A stretch of 64,000 nucleotides of DNA from positions 896,001-960,000 of the forward strand of contig OY969564.1 in the NCBI GenBank assembly GCA_963701095.1, written 5' to 3'. Numbering within the stretch: position 1 is the stretch's first letter; every line of letters starts with the position of its first letter. Under the pieces are notes generated by a model that had not been told where the DNA came from, searched no databases, and was given only the letters and a program-made list of their open reading frames with translations. Source of the DNA: an uncultured Methanoregulaceae archaeon (GTDB taxonomy: Archaea > Halobacteriota > Methanomicrobia > Methanomicrobiales > Methanospirillaceae). This document shows, one piece after another, positions 40,116 through 50,530 of the stretch. A program made the position numbers and the translations under genes.

Positions 40116-42925
40116 ATGAAAAATATCGTCATTAAAGGTGCCCGCCAGCACAACTTGAAAAATATCAATGTGGAGATCCCCCGGGACAAGCTTATCGTCA
40201 TTACCGGTGTCTCCGGCTCCGGCAAATCGACCCTTGCCTTTGATACTCTCTACGCCGAAGGCCAGAGACGCTATGTTGAATCACTCTCAACCTATGCCCG
40301 CCAGTTCCTCGGTCTCATGCACAAACCCGACGTGGACAGTATCGAAGGACTCTCGCCAGCCATATCCATAGAGCAGAAAACCACATCCAAAAACCCACGG
40401 TCAACTGTAGGAACTACTACAGAAATCTACGATTACCTCAGGCTCCTTTTCGCGAGAATCGGTATTCCTTATTGTCCCGAACACAACATTCCCATCGCTG
40501 CCCAAACACCGGAAAAAATTGCAGATCAGATTGCGGCTGAGTATCCCGGCATGGTCACTATCCTCGCACCCATTGTCCGGCAGAAGAAGGGAACCTACCA
40601 GCAACTTCTCAAAGATCTCAACAAAGAGGGATACGCCCGGTGCGGGTAAACAAAACCATCATCCGCACTGATGAAGAAATCAGCCTCGACCGGTACAAGA
40701 AACAGGATATCGAGATCGTCATCGACAGGTTAGAAACATCTGATCGTACCAGGCTTGCAGAAGCAGTAGAAAACACCCTCAAAAAGTCCGAAGGTCTCGT
40801 GCTCGTCGCGGATGAAACAGGAAAAGAATCAACCTACTCCTCCCTGTTAGCATGCCCCATCTGTGGCCTTGCTTTCGAAGAGCTCCAGCCGCGAATGTTC
40901 TCATTCAACAGCCCGTTTGGCGCCTGCGAAGAATGCCACGGGCTCGGTGTCAAGATGGAATTCGACGCCGATCTTATCATCCCGGATAAAGAACGGTGTA
41001 TTGCAGACGGTGCCGTCGCGCCATACAGGAACCCCATGGACGGTTTCCGGGGCCAGTACCTCGCTACCGTAGCAAGGCACTACGGTTTCTCGGCCCTCAC
41101 CCCCATAAAAGACCTCACGAAAGAGCAGTACGACGCGCTTATGTACGGCTCGAACGAAAAGATGCACTTCTCGATGAGCATGAAAAATGGGGAGGCTCAG
41201 TGGTCCCATAACGGAGAATGGGAAGGCCTCCTCCCTCAGACCGCCCGGCTCTATTCACAGACTCAGTCCGAGTGGAGAAAACGGGAACTGGAAAATTATA
41301 TGCGGGTCTTTCCCTGCCCCGTCTGCAAGGGAAAACGGCTCAAAGATAAAGTGCTCGCCGTCAGGATCAAAAACAAATCGATTATCGATGTCACGGATCT
41401 TTCGGTCACAAACTGCTTAGCATTCTTTTCCAGTCTCCAGCTCACCGAAAAAGAGCAGGAGATCGCCCGGCAGATCATCAAGGAGATCCATTCCCGGCTT
41501 TTGTTCCTGGAAAAAGTCGGTCTTGGTTACATTACGCTCTCAAGAAACGCCGGGACACTCTCCGGGGGCGAAATTCAAAGAATCCGGCTTGCCACTCAAA
41601 TAGGTTCAAACCTGATGGGCGTTCTTTATGTTCTCGACGAACCTTCTATCGGGTTGCACCAGCGGGACAACAAGAAACTCATAGGGACACTTCGAACACT
41701 CCGTGACATAGGAAACACGCTGATCGTTGTGGAACATGACGAAGATATGATCCGGAGTGCGGACCACGTCATCGATATAGGACCCGGTGCCGGACTTCAC
41801 GGTGGCGCGATCGTAGCCGAGGGTACCCCCCAACAGATAGAGAAAAACAAAAAATCCCTCACCGGCCAGTACCTTTCCGGGAAGAAAAAGATTGATGTGC
41901 CATCAATTCGACGCAATGGAAAGAAGTTTATCACCGTTAAAGGCTGCACAGAGAACAATCTTAAAAATATCGATGTGAAAATTCCCATCGGTCTCTTTTC
42001 CGTTGTAACCGGTGTTTCCGGGTCAGGCAAATCCACGCTCGTCTACGATACGCTGTACAAGGGCATGATGCAAAAGCTGTACGGCTCCCGGGAGCAGGCA
42101 GGCGCACATAAAGCGATCACCTTTGATACCGAGATTGACAAAGTGATAGTCATTGACCAGAGCCCGATCGGGCGGACACCTCGGTCGAACCCGGCAACCT
42201 ACACCAAGCTTTTTGACGAAATCCGGTCGGTTTTTGCGGAAACCAAGGACGCAAAGATGCGAGGTTACAAGCCCGGGCGGTTCTCCTTTAACCTCAAGGG
42301 CGGCCGTTGTGAGGCCTGTGAAGGGGATGGCCTGATCAAGATCGAGATGAATTTCCTGCCCGACGTCTATATCGAGTGCGAGGAGTGCAAGGGGAAACGT
42401 TACAACCGGGAGACTCTCGAAGTTAAATACAAAGGTAAGTCAATTGCCGACGTCCTGGATATGAGCGTCGAGGAAGGGATGGCACTCTTTGAACATATTC
42501 CCTCGATCCAGAGCAAGCTTGAGATGCTTTCTAGGGTCGGCCTGGATTACGTTAAACTCGGGCAAAGCGCGACTACTCTTTCAGGGGGAGAGGCACAGCG
42601 GATCAAGCTTACGAGAGAACTTGCAAAAAGGGCAACCGGAAAGACACTCTACCTTCTCGACGAACCGACAACCGGGCTCCACTTCGATGATACCAAAAAA
42701 CTCATCAAAGTACTCGATGATCTGGTGGAGAAAGGAAACACAGTTGTTGTGATAGAGCACAACCTCGATGTAATTAAATCAGCAGATCACCTCATCGATA
42801 TTGGACCGGAGGGAGGGGATGCCGGGGGAGAGATTGTGGCTACCGGGACACCGGAACACCTCGCAATGGTACCGGAAAGCTATACCGGGCAGTTCCTGAA
42901 AGAAATGCTGGCGAAAAAGGGGTGA
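40116..42925 (+). CDS. uvrA: Excinuclease ABC subunit A (one indel near 40640)
   Basis: Two GVSGSGKS Walker A motifs, LSGGE twice, and Zn fingers. Restoring one G gives GYARVRVN. Confidence 0.95.
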
Positions 42926-43111
42926 GAGATTTTCCCATTTTCACCTTTATTTCCTGTCATTAAGATGCGATGATGCTTAAAATTTTAATTATCGTCGATG
43001 CCTTTGTTATGACCAGCTGCTGTCGGGTGGAACATGACTTAAAGAATATAATATCGTCGTAACCCATCAATTTTGTCGATATAAAGGTCCCACAATGCAA
43101 CAGAATCTCGT

Positions 43112-43393
43112 TTAGAAATTTTGTAGAATGTTGTTTATCACTGCCATAACCGTTCCACACGTTGCGTACGACAGGGGAATCCACCCATTGCCATCACTTC
43201 TCCGCTCGATGAGGTACACTAATCCAATCATCCCAAATAAAAACAGAAATTTTAACACTATCATCTGATTCGGGAATGTCGTATACAAAGGATTCATTTC
43301 CTTATACCCATGCATCAGATCAAACCTCGTGGTTACAATATCCCCTAATGTCGCCACGCCAAGCAACTCGAACCAGATGACAGACCAGATCAT
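43112..43393 (-). CDS. Small membrane protein (DUF5658-like)
   Basis: DIVTT...GYKEMNP motif with three hydrophobic segments. Confidence 0.6.
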   Translation of the reverse strand: MIWSVIWFELLGVATLGDIVTTRFDLMHGYKEMNPLYTTFPNQMIVLKFLFLFGMIGLVYLIERRSDGNGWIPLSYATCGTVMAVINNILQNF

Positions 43394-43643
43394 GTGCTCT
43401 TCCCGTTTTCGGCGTTATATAAAACAAACGCAACAAAACCACAGACAAGAAATTATTATATAAGAATATGCCATGCGTCGATTCTCTGTGACTAAATAAA
43501 AAAGAACAGGAAATACAGTTCTGTTGCATCTGCGGTTGAAATGCAAATTTTTTCGAAGTGATATCCATCTAACGTACTGCAACAGCACCGGGACAGGTAC
43601 CCGAAGATACCTTTATTATCCGAACACAATTAATGAGTTCCGC

Positions 43644-44763
43644 ATGAAACCGGTGTATGTGAAGGGCCTGCCGCCCACTCCTGATACCGGAGTAATCTCG
43701 TCCGCAATCAGAAATGTCATCCTGAAGGCGACAGACAACCTTGCATGGCTCTCGGCGGGGGAAACAGTTCTCCTCAAACCAGCCCTGAACTCACCCGACC
43801 CGTACCCATCTACCACGCACCCACTCGCAGTCAGCGTCACGGCAGGGCTTCTCGCCGACAGGGGCGCAAAAGTCGTGATTGGGGACCAATCCGGTATAGA
43901 GCACGTCCTCCACCATCCTGGTGGCGTGATCCATGGAAGGACTATTGATAACTACGCCCGGTCTGGCATGGGTGGCCGGAATGATACCAAGTTCGTAGGC
44001 TTTGAGGACGGTGGGTGGGACGAAGGTTTCTTCCATCACCATTCGGCAAATACCGCATCGTGGCGTAACGGATTTTATGTAACGTTATGGGCAAAGAAAG
44101 TTGACCACATCATAAGTCTGCCCCGGGTGAGTGCACACGCCCAGGCCGGGGCTACGCTGGGCCTCAAAAGCATGGTGGGGATGTTGAGGGAGGACAGTAG
44201 GATGGAATTCCACGCGAACGGGCCTTTGAATGGGTTCATTGTCCGGTCAGCAAAGGGCAGCACCCTTAAATCATCCGACGACGGAACCGAAACATTCTTC
44301 GAAAAGATCGTTGAGATAAGTGACGCGATTCGCGAGAAGCTCAGGCTTACCCTCTATGTCGCGACAGACTGTGCAGGCTACCTTCGGGCCGAACCAGTAC
44401 GGCATACGACTAGGCCGGACCGGTCTCGGTCGGGCGTATGTGGTGCAACCTGAACCCGGGCTCATCTTCGGCAGCGCAGACCAGATAGCAGCAGAATCTG
44501 TAGCGCTAGCAGTACTCAAAGATGCAAAAGGTACCGTGCCATTGCTTCCGCGGTGTATCCAGCGGATGGCGCTTTTCAGTAACCCGTATATTCCGGGCCT
44601 CGACCTTACGGATGTCTGCCACCACCCGTATATCCGGCACGGGATGAAGATCGGTCTTGGGGAGATGCCAGGGGAGTTAGTCTTCGAGGATGTACCTATG
44701 CAGGTCCGGCAACGGTTGAATGAATTGCTTAAGCAGCCGGATAAAACCCGGAAAAACAGATAA
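43644..44763 (+). CDS. DUF362-family protein (one indel near 44366)
   Basis: VLLKPALN, TTHP, IISLPRVSAH..AGATLGLKSMVG, then GSADQIAAE in the second frame. Confidence 0.78.
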
Positions 44764-44767
44764 TCCT

Positions 44768-44919
44768 ATGGCACCACAAGCGAAACTTTTCCTATGAATT
44801 TTGCTTGAATGCCATTATATCTACGATCCGTCAAGGGGTGATGCTGAAGGCCGGATACCCATGGTGTGCCGTTGGAAGAACTTCCGGATATCTGGCGCTA
44901 CCCTGTTTGGGCGTATTAA
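44768..44919 (+). pseudogene. Degenerate rubredoxin
   Basis: MAPQAKLFL*ILLECHYIYDPSRGDAEGRIP / HGVPLEELPDIWRYPVW, with an in-frame stop, a frameshift and lost Cys ligands. Confidence 0.7.
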
Positions 44920-45163
44920 AGATCAAGAGGGGTGTGTTCAGACAGCTCGAAAATTGAGCCGAAAACTTTCACATTTTTATACTTCACGGAAGAGACACGG
45001 AATCCAGTCATGCGTCCGGGTGAAAATGATCAAAACAAAAATGAGACTCTCATTAACCTATCAATATTGACTCTGCAAAGTCCCGATAACATAAACATTC
45101 CGAATCTCAGAAGTTCTCACGATTTGGGAAGAACGAGATTCTCCGGGTATTGAAAATACGGTT

Positions 45164-46573
45164 CTATTCCTCTTTTTCAATGGTAATCTCACCGGATTTT
45201 ATTGCATCGAGGAATACTTCATAATCCTTCGTTGTCTGCTCAGCGTATATTCCTGCAAATGAACCGATTGCCTTATCGAAGACATCGGATTTTCCTATAT
45301 ATCCGTAGATTATTGAGGCATCTCCCGACCGGGCGTGGGTGAGCGCCAGGGTCCATCCACAGGTTTCTGCATAGTGTGAAACCTGTTTTGGGGTCATTGT
45401 TGAAATATCAAAGGAGAATTTCATATCCCGTAGTTGGCGGATATAAAATTGTTTTTTATATGTGCCAGTTCCGGTAGTCCAGCCAAGAAGGATATCGCTC
45501 GCCGACTGCATAAGGCGTTGGCCTGCTACAACCCTTTCTCCATGGTGATCGAATTCACTTTTTCCTGCGTAGGATTCAAGGACAGACGCTCGGGCCTCTT
45601 TAATCTGGAGTAAAAGGGTATCATTAATCTCTGCCATTAAAAGTGCAACGCCACACCATGTACCCACACTCCCGATACCTACAACTTTATGGACAATATC
45701 CTCGATATGATAGCGGTCAAACAATACCTGGCGTTCAGAAGCAAGGGTTTTGCGATACGTCCGGAATGCATTTAGGATATCTTCATGAACATTTTCTTCA
45801 GGAAGAGGATGGTACACGAGAGGGGGCTGGTCAACAATACGTTTTCTTCCATTTTGGGCCTCGGTAATTTTAGGAAATACGGATTTTGCAGCATTTTCTT
45901 TTGCTCCTTTAATTATACGTTCCACATCCTGTTTTGTCGCAGTATCGGGTGCCGAAGCAAGGAGAAAATCAGCGTCAAGTTTGGTGTACCACAGATCAAG
46001 CACATCCATTGTAGAAAACTGTGCAATTGCTTTACGGTAGGCCCGGACACAACTTCTCGCGATAGTCTTACAATCCTTATCTGAAAATCCTTTATCAAGG
46101 GAGGCTATGTAGAAGCTTGCCGAAAGACGTTTAATATCCCATTCGAATGGTGCAGGCAGGGTTTCATCAAAATCGTTGACGTCAAAAATAATATTCCGTT
46201 CCGGAGTGGCAAACAATCCAAAATTGGAAAGATGGCAATCACCGCATGCCTGAACCCTGATATTCGTTGTCGGTGTCTGTGCGAGATCCATTGCCATGAG
46301 CGAAGCTGTGCCCCGGTAAAAGGCAAAGGCATTGACTGACATGCGACCATAGCGAATGGGGATGAGATTCTCAATCCTTCCTTCATTTGCATTTTTTATG
46401 AATTTACCCGGATCAGGTCTGTCAAAAGATCCGCCACATTCAGCATGTGATTCCCTTGGGATCTTCCTTCGCAGGGATTTTCCCTCCTCCCGACGCTGCT
46501 TTACCGATTTATACTCTGAACTGAATCGTGCAACACCGAATACATCATGTTCCACAGTCGTTTTCTGTCTCAT
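45164..46573 (-). CDS. DUF2252-family protein (kinase-like fold)
   Basis: RYGRM..FAFYRG, CGDCHLSNFG, FDVNDFDE, KVVGIGSVGT, LQIKEA and RQLRDMK motifs. Confidence 0.9.
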   Translation of the reverse strand: MRQKTTVEHDVFGVARFSSEYKSVKQRREEGKSLRRKIPRESHAECGGSFDRPDPGKFIKNANEGRIENLIPIRYGRMSVNAFAFYRGTASLMAMDLAQTPTTNIRVQACGDCHLSNFGLFATPERNIIFDVNDFDETLPAPFEWDIKRLSASFYIASLDKGFSDKDCKTIARSCVRAYRKAIAQFSTMDVLDLWYTKLDADFLLASAPDTATKQDVERIIKGAKENAAKSVFPKITEAQNGRKRIVDQPPLVYHPLPEENVHEDILNAFRTYRKTLASERQVLFDRYHIEDIVHKVVGIGSVGTWCGVALLMAEINDTLLLQIKEARASVLESYAGKSEFDHHGERVVAGQRLMQSASDILLGWTTGTGTYKKQFYIRQLRDMKFSFDISTMTPKQVSHYAETCGWTLALTHARSGDASIIYGYIGKSDVFDKAIGSFAGIYAEQTTKDYEVFLDAIKSGEITIEKEE

Positions 46574-46696
46574 ATTTTCCAACCTGCATTCTCTTGCAAA
46601 TTGAGTGTTTTAAAAATCAAAGTAATATCCGTTCCATCCCATCAGAGAAAAGGATAATGAGATAAGATAAATTGTATGTTTTATCCGTTCCTAGAT

Positions 46697-47179
46697 TTAC
46701 GTGGTTTTCACTGTCGCGGTTGGGGTTATTGGCTGGACATTTTGTCCATTCTTCCAAACACTACTCGTTGTCGTACCTGATTGTATCCCGAGCGCCGCCA
46801 TAAGCTGAGCCGACGTAATGGTGGTCCCTGTTTCCGCAGACAATTGTGCTGCAGAGTACGTGTAGTTGATTGTATGACTCTGGGGTGGAGGGATCATGGC
46901 ATTTACGAGATTACTTTCGGATACCCCGAGGATCTGGGCAGCTGCTTCAAACTGTGTCATGTTGCTCTGAAAATGACCCCCCACGTAAGCTCCCGGCAGG
47001 GCAACGGCTGTTTCCTGAGAGGTAGGGGTTACCGTTGTCGGGGAAACGGTACCTTGAGCGGGAGTCCCGGAGGATGTCTGGGTACAGCCAGCCACAGCAA
47101 GACTCATAATAAGTAACATTGATACGGTGATACCGATATACCCGCATTTTTTAAAAGATTCTCGTTTCTGGATTTTCAT
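46697..47179 (-). CDS. Putative lipoprotein
   Basis: AVAGC lipobox and Thr-rich composition. Confidence 0.72.
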   Translation of the reverse strand: MKIQKRESFKKCGYIGITVSMLLIMSLAVAGCTQTSSGTPAQGTVSPTTVTPTSQETAVALPGAYVGGHFQSNMTQFEAAAQILGVSESNLVNAMIPPPQSHTINYTYSAAQLSAETGTTITSAQLMAALGIQSGTTTSSVWKNGQNVQPITPTATVKTT

Positions 47180-47422
47180 AGATCATCACATTCCATTGAA
47201 GAAATCCTTCCAGAGCGAAAACGACCGGATCACCCGGAAAGGCGCGTCTATCATTTCCTATGGTGTGCCTATCAACCATTTTCTCGGATAAACATTTCGA
47301 GTGTTTGCATTTTTTGAAATGCTTTATAGAAACAAAACCCGGTTAAAAGAGTTGTGGCAAGAAATGGTGGCGCTTACCCGGAGGGGGTAATTATTATCAT
47401 TTATAAAACATATTTTGGATAC

Positions 47423-48280
47423 ATGAAACACATCCACGGTGTTTTCCTGTTATCTGTGCTGCTTATAGGACTTCTTTTCATGGCCGGATGCACCAGTTCG
47501 ACCCCTGAATCCTCATCAACTCCCGTGGCGACACCAACGCCACAAGTTGTAATAACAATGGCCACACCAACAGCGGCAGTTACTATACCGACGCAGGTTA
47601 TAGCCACACCAACCATCCCATCCATGAATTACAGCGCTGACCAGGTTGACAGCCATTTTATGGACATTGCGTTCACAAGCAAATCGCAGACACTCGGACA
47701 ATTGAGTGCAACGGGAAATAAGGTTGCTATTATAGGAGTGTATAGCAACGATGACGTAAACACCCTGAGTTCCTTCTTGCAGGAATTTAATACACTTTCT
47801 CCGGCAGCTCAGTTACCGACGACACCGATCCAGTCAGGTACAAGTGGCGACATCACGCTGAATTTCCTGCCTGAATCAACCCTGAATAATCTTGCACAGC
47901 AACAGCCGACCGTCGGCCAGGTTAACAAGGAAAGTAACGGGGAAATAGCGTCAATTTATGAAACGGCTACCAGTTTGGGGGGGAACGCGACCTACGAGTA
48001 TACGAAACGATCCGGCACAGTTGTCATTAATAATAATTTAAACGGAGACGAGCGGACGCATTATATGATACTTGGTCTTCTCTACTATCTTGGATTTGTT
48101 GGCCAGACAACAACCTATAAGGATAGCATATTCTACGCCGGGCAGAACAATATAACCATGCCGAATGGTATTGACTGGCAGGCTATCGATCTAATGTATG
48201 CAGGAAATATAATGCCCGGAATGACCTACAACAATGTAAACAACGTCCTTCACGGTTTGCCGGTAAACACCGGTTTCTAG
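47423..48280 (+). CDS. Putative lipoprotein, DUF2927-like with a degenerate zincin region
   Basis: MAGC lipobox, Thr/Pro linker, and ERTHYMILGLLYYLGF..DSIFY..ID..AIDLMY. Confidence 0.65.
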   Translation: MKHIHGVFLLSVLLIGLLFMAGCTSSTPESSSTPVATPTPQVVITMATPTAAVTIPTQVIATPTIPSMNYSADQVDSHFMDIAFTSKSQTLGQLSATGNKVAIIGVYSNDDVNTLSSFLQEFNTLSPAAQLPTTPIQSGTSGDITLNFLPESTLNNLAQQQPTVGQVNKESNGEIASIYETATSLGGNATYEYTKRSGTVVINNNLNGDERTHYMILGLLYYLGFVGQTTTYKDSIFYAGQNNITMPNGIDWQAIDLMYAGNIMPGMTYNNVNNVLHGLPVNTGF

Positions 48281-48334
48281 GAAACTGGCGAAATAATTCT
48301 TTTTTTTAGGATTCCGGAAAAATATTGTCCGGAA

Positions 48335-48493
48335 TTATAACCAAAACAACAACAACCCGCCGATCACCAGAAGAATAGCAACAAGGATGAGGAGCGGAAT
48401 TATAAACACTACTATTGCAAGAAGCATCAGCAATGCAAGGATGAGACCAAGTGCTAAAAATCCGATGCTGAGAATACCGAGAAGTCCAATCAT
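48335..48493 (-). CDS. 52-aa uncharged hydrophobic microprotein
   Basis: Manual translation MIGLLGILSIGFLALGLILALLMLLAIVVFIIPLLILVAILLVIGGLLLFWL*. A TTCCGGA-N9-TCCGGAA hairpin at 48312-48334 follows the stop. Confidence 0.65.
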   Translation of the reverse strand: MIGLLGILSIGFLALGLILALLMLLAIVVFIIPLLILVAILLVIGGLLLFWL

Positions 48494-48651
48494 TTTTTTA
48501 TGACCGCGTCAGATATCCGTTGGAGTGCAGATGATAAAGGATTGACTATGAAAATCTTCCTCCGACATCTGATATGTACTATCGCTATATTTTTTCTATC
48601 AGCTTGCGAATAATGTTTCCGCAATTCCAAAAAAAAGGAGGTGCCTATTTC

Positions 48652-49017
48652 ATGCCCAAACGTATTGATACCGGGACACCGGAAGGAGAGGCAATCGGTT
48701 TCTCGGGCTCGCTCTTTTCCGGCTGGCTAGAGCTCTATGATGACTGTAGGATTTATCTCTATTACATCATTTCACGGTTCAAGGACCAGGGCAATACCCA
48801 GATTCTTATCAGAAGGTGGCTGAGGGAGGGATACGACATCCGGATCGTTATGCCGTGTCCAATCATGAGACATATCATTGGCAAGTTCGGGTTTGAGCAG
48901 GCCACTGAATATCTTCCCGCTCACTATGATGATGAAGTCGAGGTCTGGCGCCGGCCATCATCACTTGAGACTCACACGTATAGCGCCGGTACTCTTTCCA
49001 CGGTCCATTCTCGCTAG
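48652..49017 (+). CDS. Hypothetical protein, possibly GNAT-like
   Basis: GGAGGTG RBS precedes ATG 48652. IISRFKDQGN...IIGKFGF weakly resembles GNAT motifs. Confidence 0.65.
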   Translation: MPKRIDTGTPEGEAIGFSGSLFSGWLELYDDCRIYLYYIISRFKDQGNTQILIRRWLREGYDIRIVMPCPIMRHIIGKFGFEQATEYLPAHYDDEVEVWRRPSSLETHTYSAGTLSTVHSR

Positions 49018-49139
49018 CGAAGTGCCAGTGCAAACTTCACCTATTATGCAGTTTCACACTCCGCTCCTGATGGTTCATATGGGGCAGCAGTCAAGTCTTC
49101 TCCAACCAGATTTTATTCCCATCTGCAAGAGGAAGGTAC

Positions 49140-50471
49140 TTGGCATCACTACAATGTCCCACAAAAAGTCCGGCAAAGAAGAGCCGTAAGACGACTCGTG
49201 GCCTGCTCCGGAAATATTGGGGCTACCCTTCATTTCTCCCTCTCCAAGATGCAATAATAAACGCGGTCATTGCAGGTCAGGATACTTTAGCCGTTCTTGC
49301 TACCGGGAGCGGAAAATCGATCTGCTACCAGGTACCGGGGTTGTATCTTGGTGGTCTCACGGTTGTCATCTCCCCTCTCATCTCTCTCATGAAAGACCAG
49401 GCCGATGATCTCAATGCCCGGGGGATACCAGCCGCTGCCTGCACCGGTGCACTTGATTACAGAGAACGTGCACACGTCATCACAGACATAAAAGAAGGAA
49501 GGCTGAGGTTCCTGTTCATCTCACCGGAAAAAGCAGTGCAGGCCGGTTTTCTTGAGATCCTTTCTTCGGCACCAGTCCGTCTCATCGCTGTCGATGAAGC
49601 TCATTGCATTTCGGAATGGGGTCACCACTTCCGGCCTGAGTACCGTGAACTGGCCCGGTTCAGGAACCATTTCCCTGGTGTTCCGGTCATTGCTCTTACA
49701 GCAACTGCAATACCTGAAGTCAGGGAGGATATCTGCCGGCAGCTCAGCCTTGTTCGTGTCCAGAAATTTGAGGGCAGATTTAACCGGGAAAATCTTACCT
49801 ACACGGTTATGGAAAAGAAAAACCCGCTTGTCCTCCTGACCGATATACTCAACCGGCACAAAAACGAACCCGGAATTATTTACTGCATGAACCGGAAAAC
49901 AACTTTTGAGCTGGCCGGAGAACTGCGTAAAAAAGGATTTGAGGCACGTGCCTACAACGCAGGTATTTCCGGGCCGGTAAGGGCAGGAATCCAGGAGGCG
50001 TTCCTGAAAAACACCGTGCAGATCATTTGTGCGACTATCGCTTTTGGCATGGGAATCGACAAGCCCGATATCCGCTTTGTTGTCCATTACGATCTCCCGA
50101 AAAGTATCGAATCCTATTACCAGGAGACCGGCCGGGCGGGGCGGGACAGAAGACCTGCCGAATGCATTCTCTTCTATAGCAAGACTGATGCAGAGAACTT
50201 CCGAAATCTTTTATCATACGGTTGCAAGAACAACCGGGCGTTAAAAACGGCACAGGATAAATTCCGCGATCTGTGTCATTTCTGCGAAGTTACCTCTTGT
50301 AAGAGGAGTTTCCTGCTTGCATATTTTGGTGAGTCTCCGGGCCCTGAAGGTTGTGCGATATGCGAGACCTGTACGCATTCACTCGTACCTTTGGAAAAAA
50401 GGGCCAGTCGTAAAAAAACCAAGGAATACCGTGGGAGATTTACGAGCCTAAATCCTATTCCTGCCAGCTGA
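49140..50471 (+). CDS. recQ: RecQ-family helicase (short form, no winged-helix or HRDC domain)
   Basis: TGSGKSICYQ, DEAHCISEWGHHFRPEY, ATIAFGMGIDK, YQETGRAGRD and Zn-binding Cys residues. Start codon uncertain. Confidence 0.92.
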   Translation: MASLQCPTKSPAKKSRKTTRGLLRKYWGYPSFLPLQDAIINAVIAGQDTLAVLATGSGKSICYQVPGLYLGGLTVVISPLISLMKDQADDLNARGIPAAACTGALDYRERAHVITDIKEGRLRFLFISPEKAVQAGFLEILSSAPVRLIAVDEAHCISEWGHHFRPEYRELARFRNHFPGVPVIALTATAIPEVREDICRQLSLVRVQKFEGRFNRENLTYTVMEKKNPLVLLTDILNRHKNEPGIIYCMNRKTTFELAGELRKKGFEARAYNAGISGPVRAGIQEAFLKNTVQIICATIAFGMGIDKPDIRFVVHYDLPKSIESYYQETGRAGRDRRPAECILFYSKTDAENFRNLLSYGCKNNRALKTAQDKFRDLCHFCEVTSCKRSFLLAYFGESPGPEGCAICETCTHSLVPLEKRASRKKTKEYRGRFTSLNPIPAS

Positions 50472-50530
50472 CTGCAGTCTTACCCGATCCCGAGTGTTTA
50501 AAAAGGCTGCATTCGGATATTCCTCATAAC

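Noticed and set aside
44795..44797. TGA as selenocysteine in the rubredoxin-like ORF
   Set aside because: Other Cys ligands are also lost, and Sec usage is not known in Methanomicrobiales.
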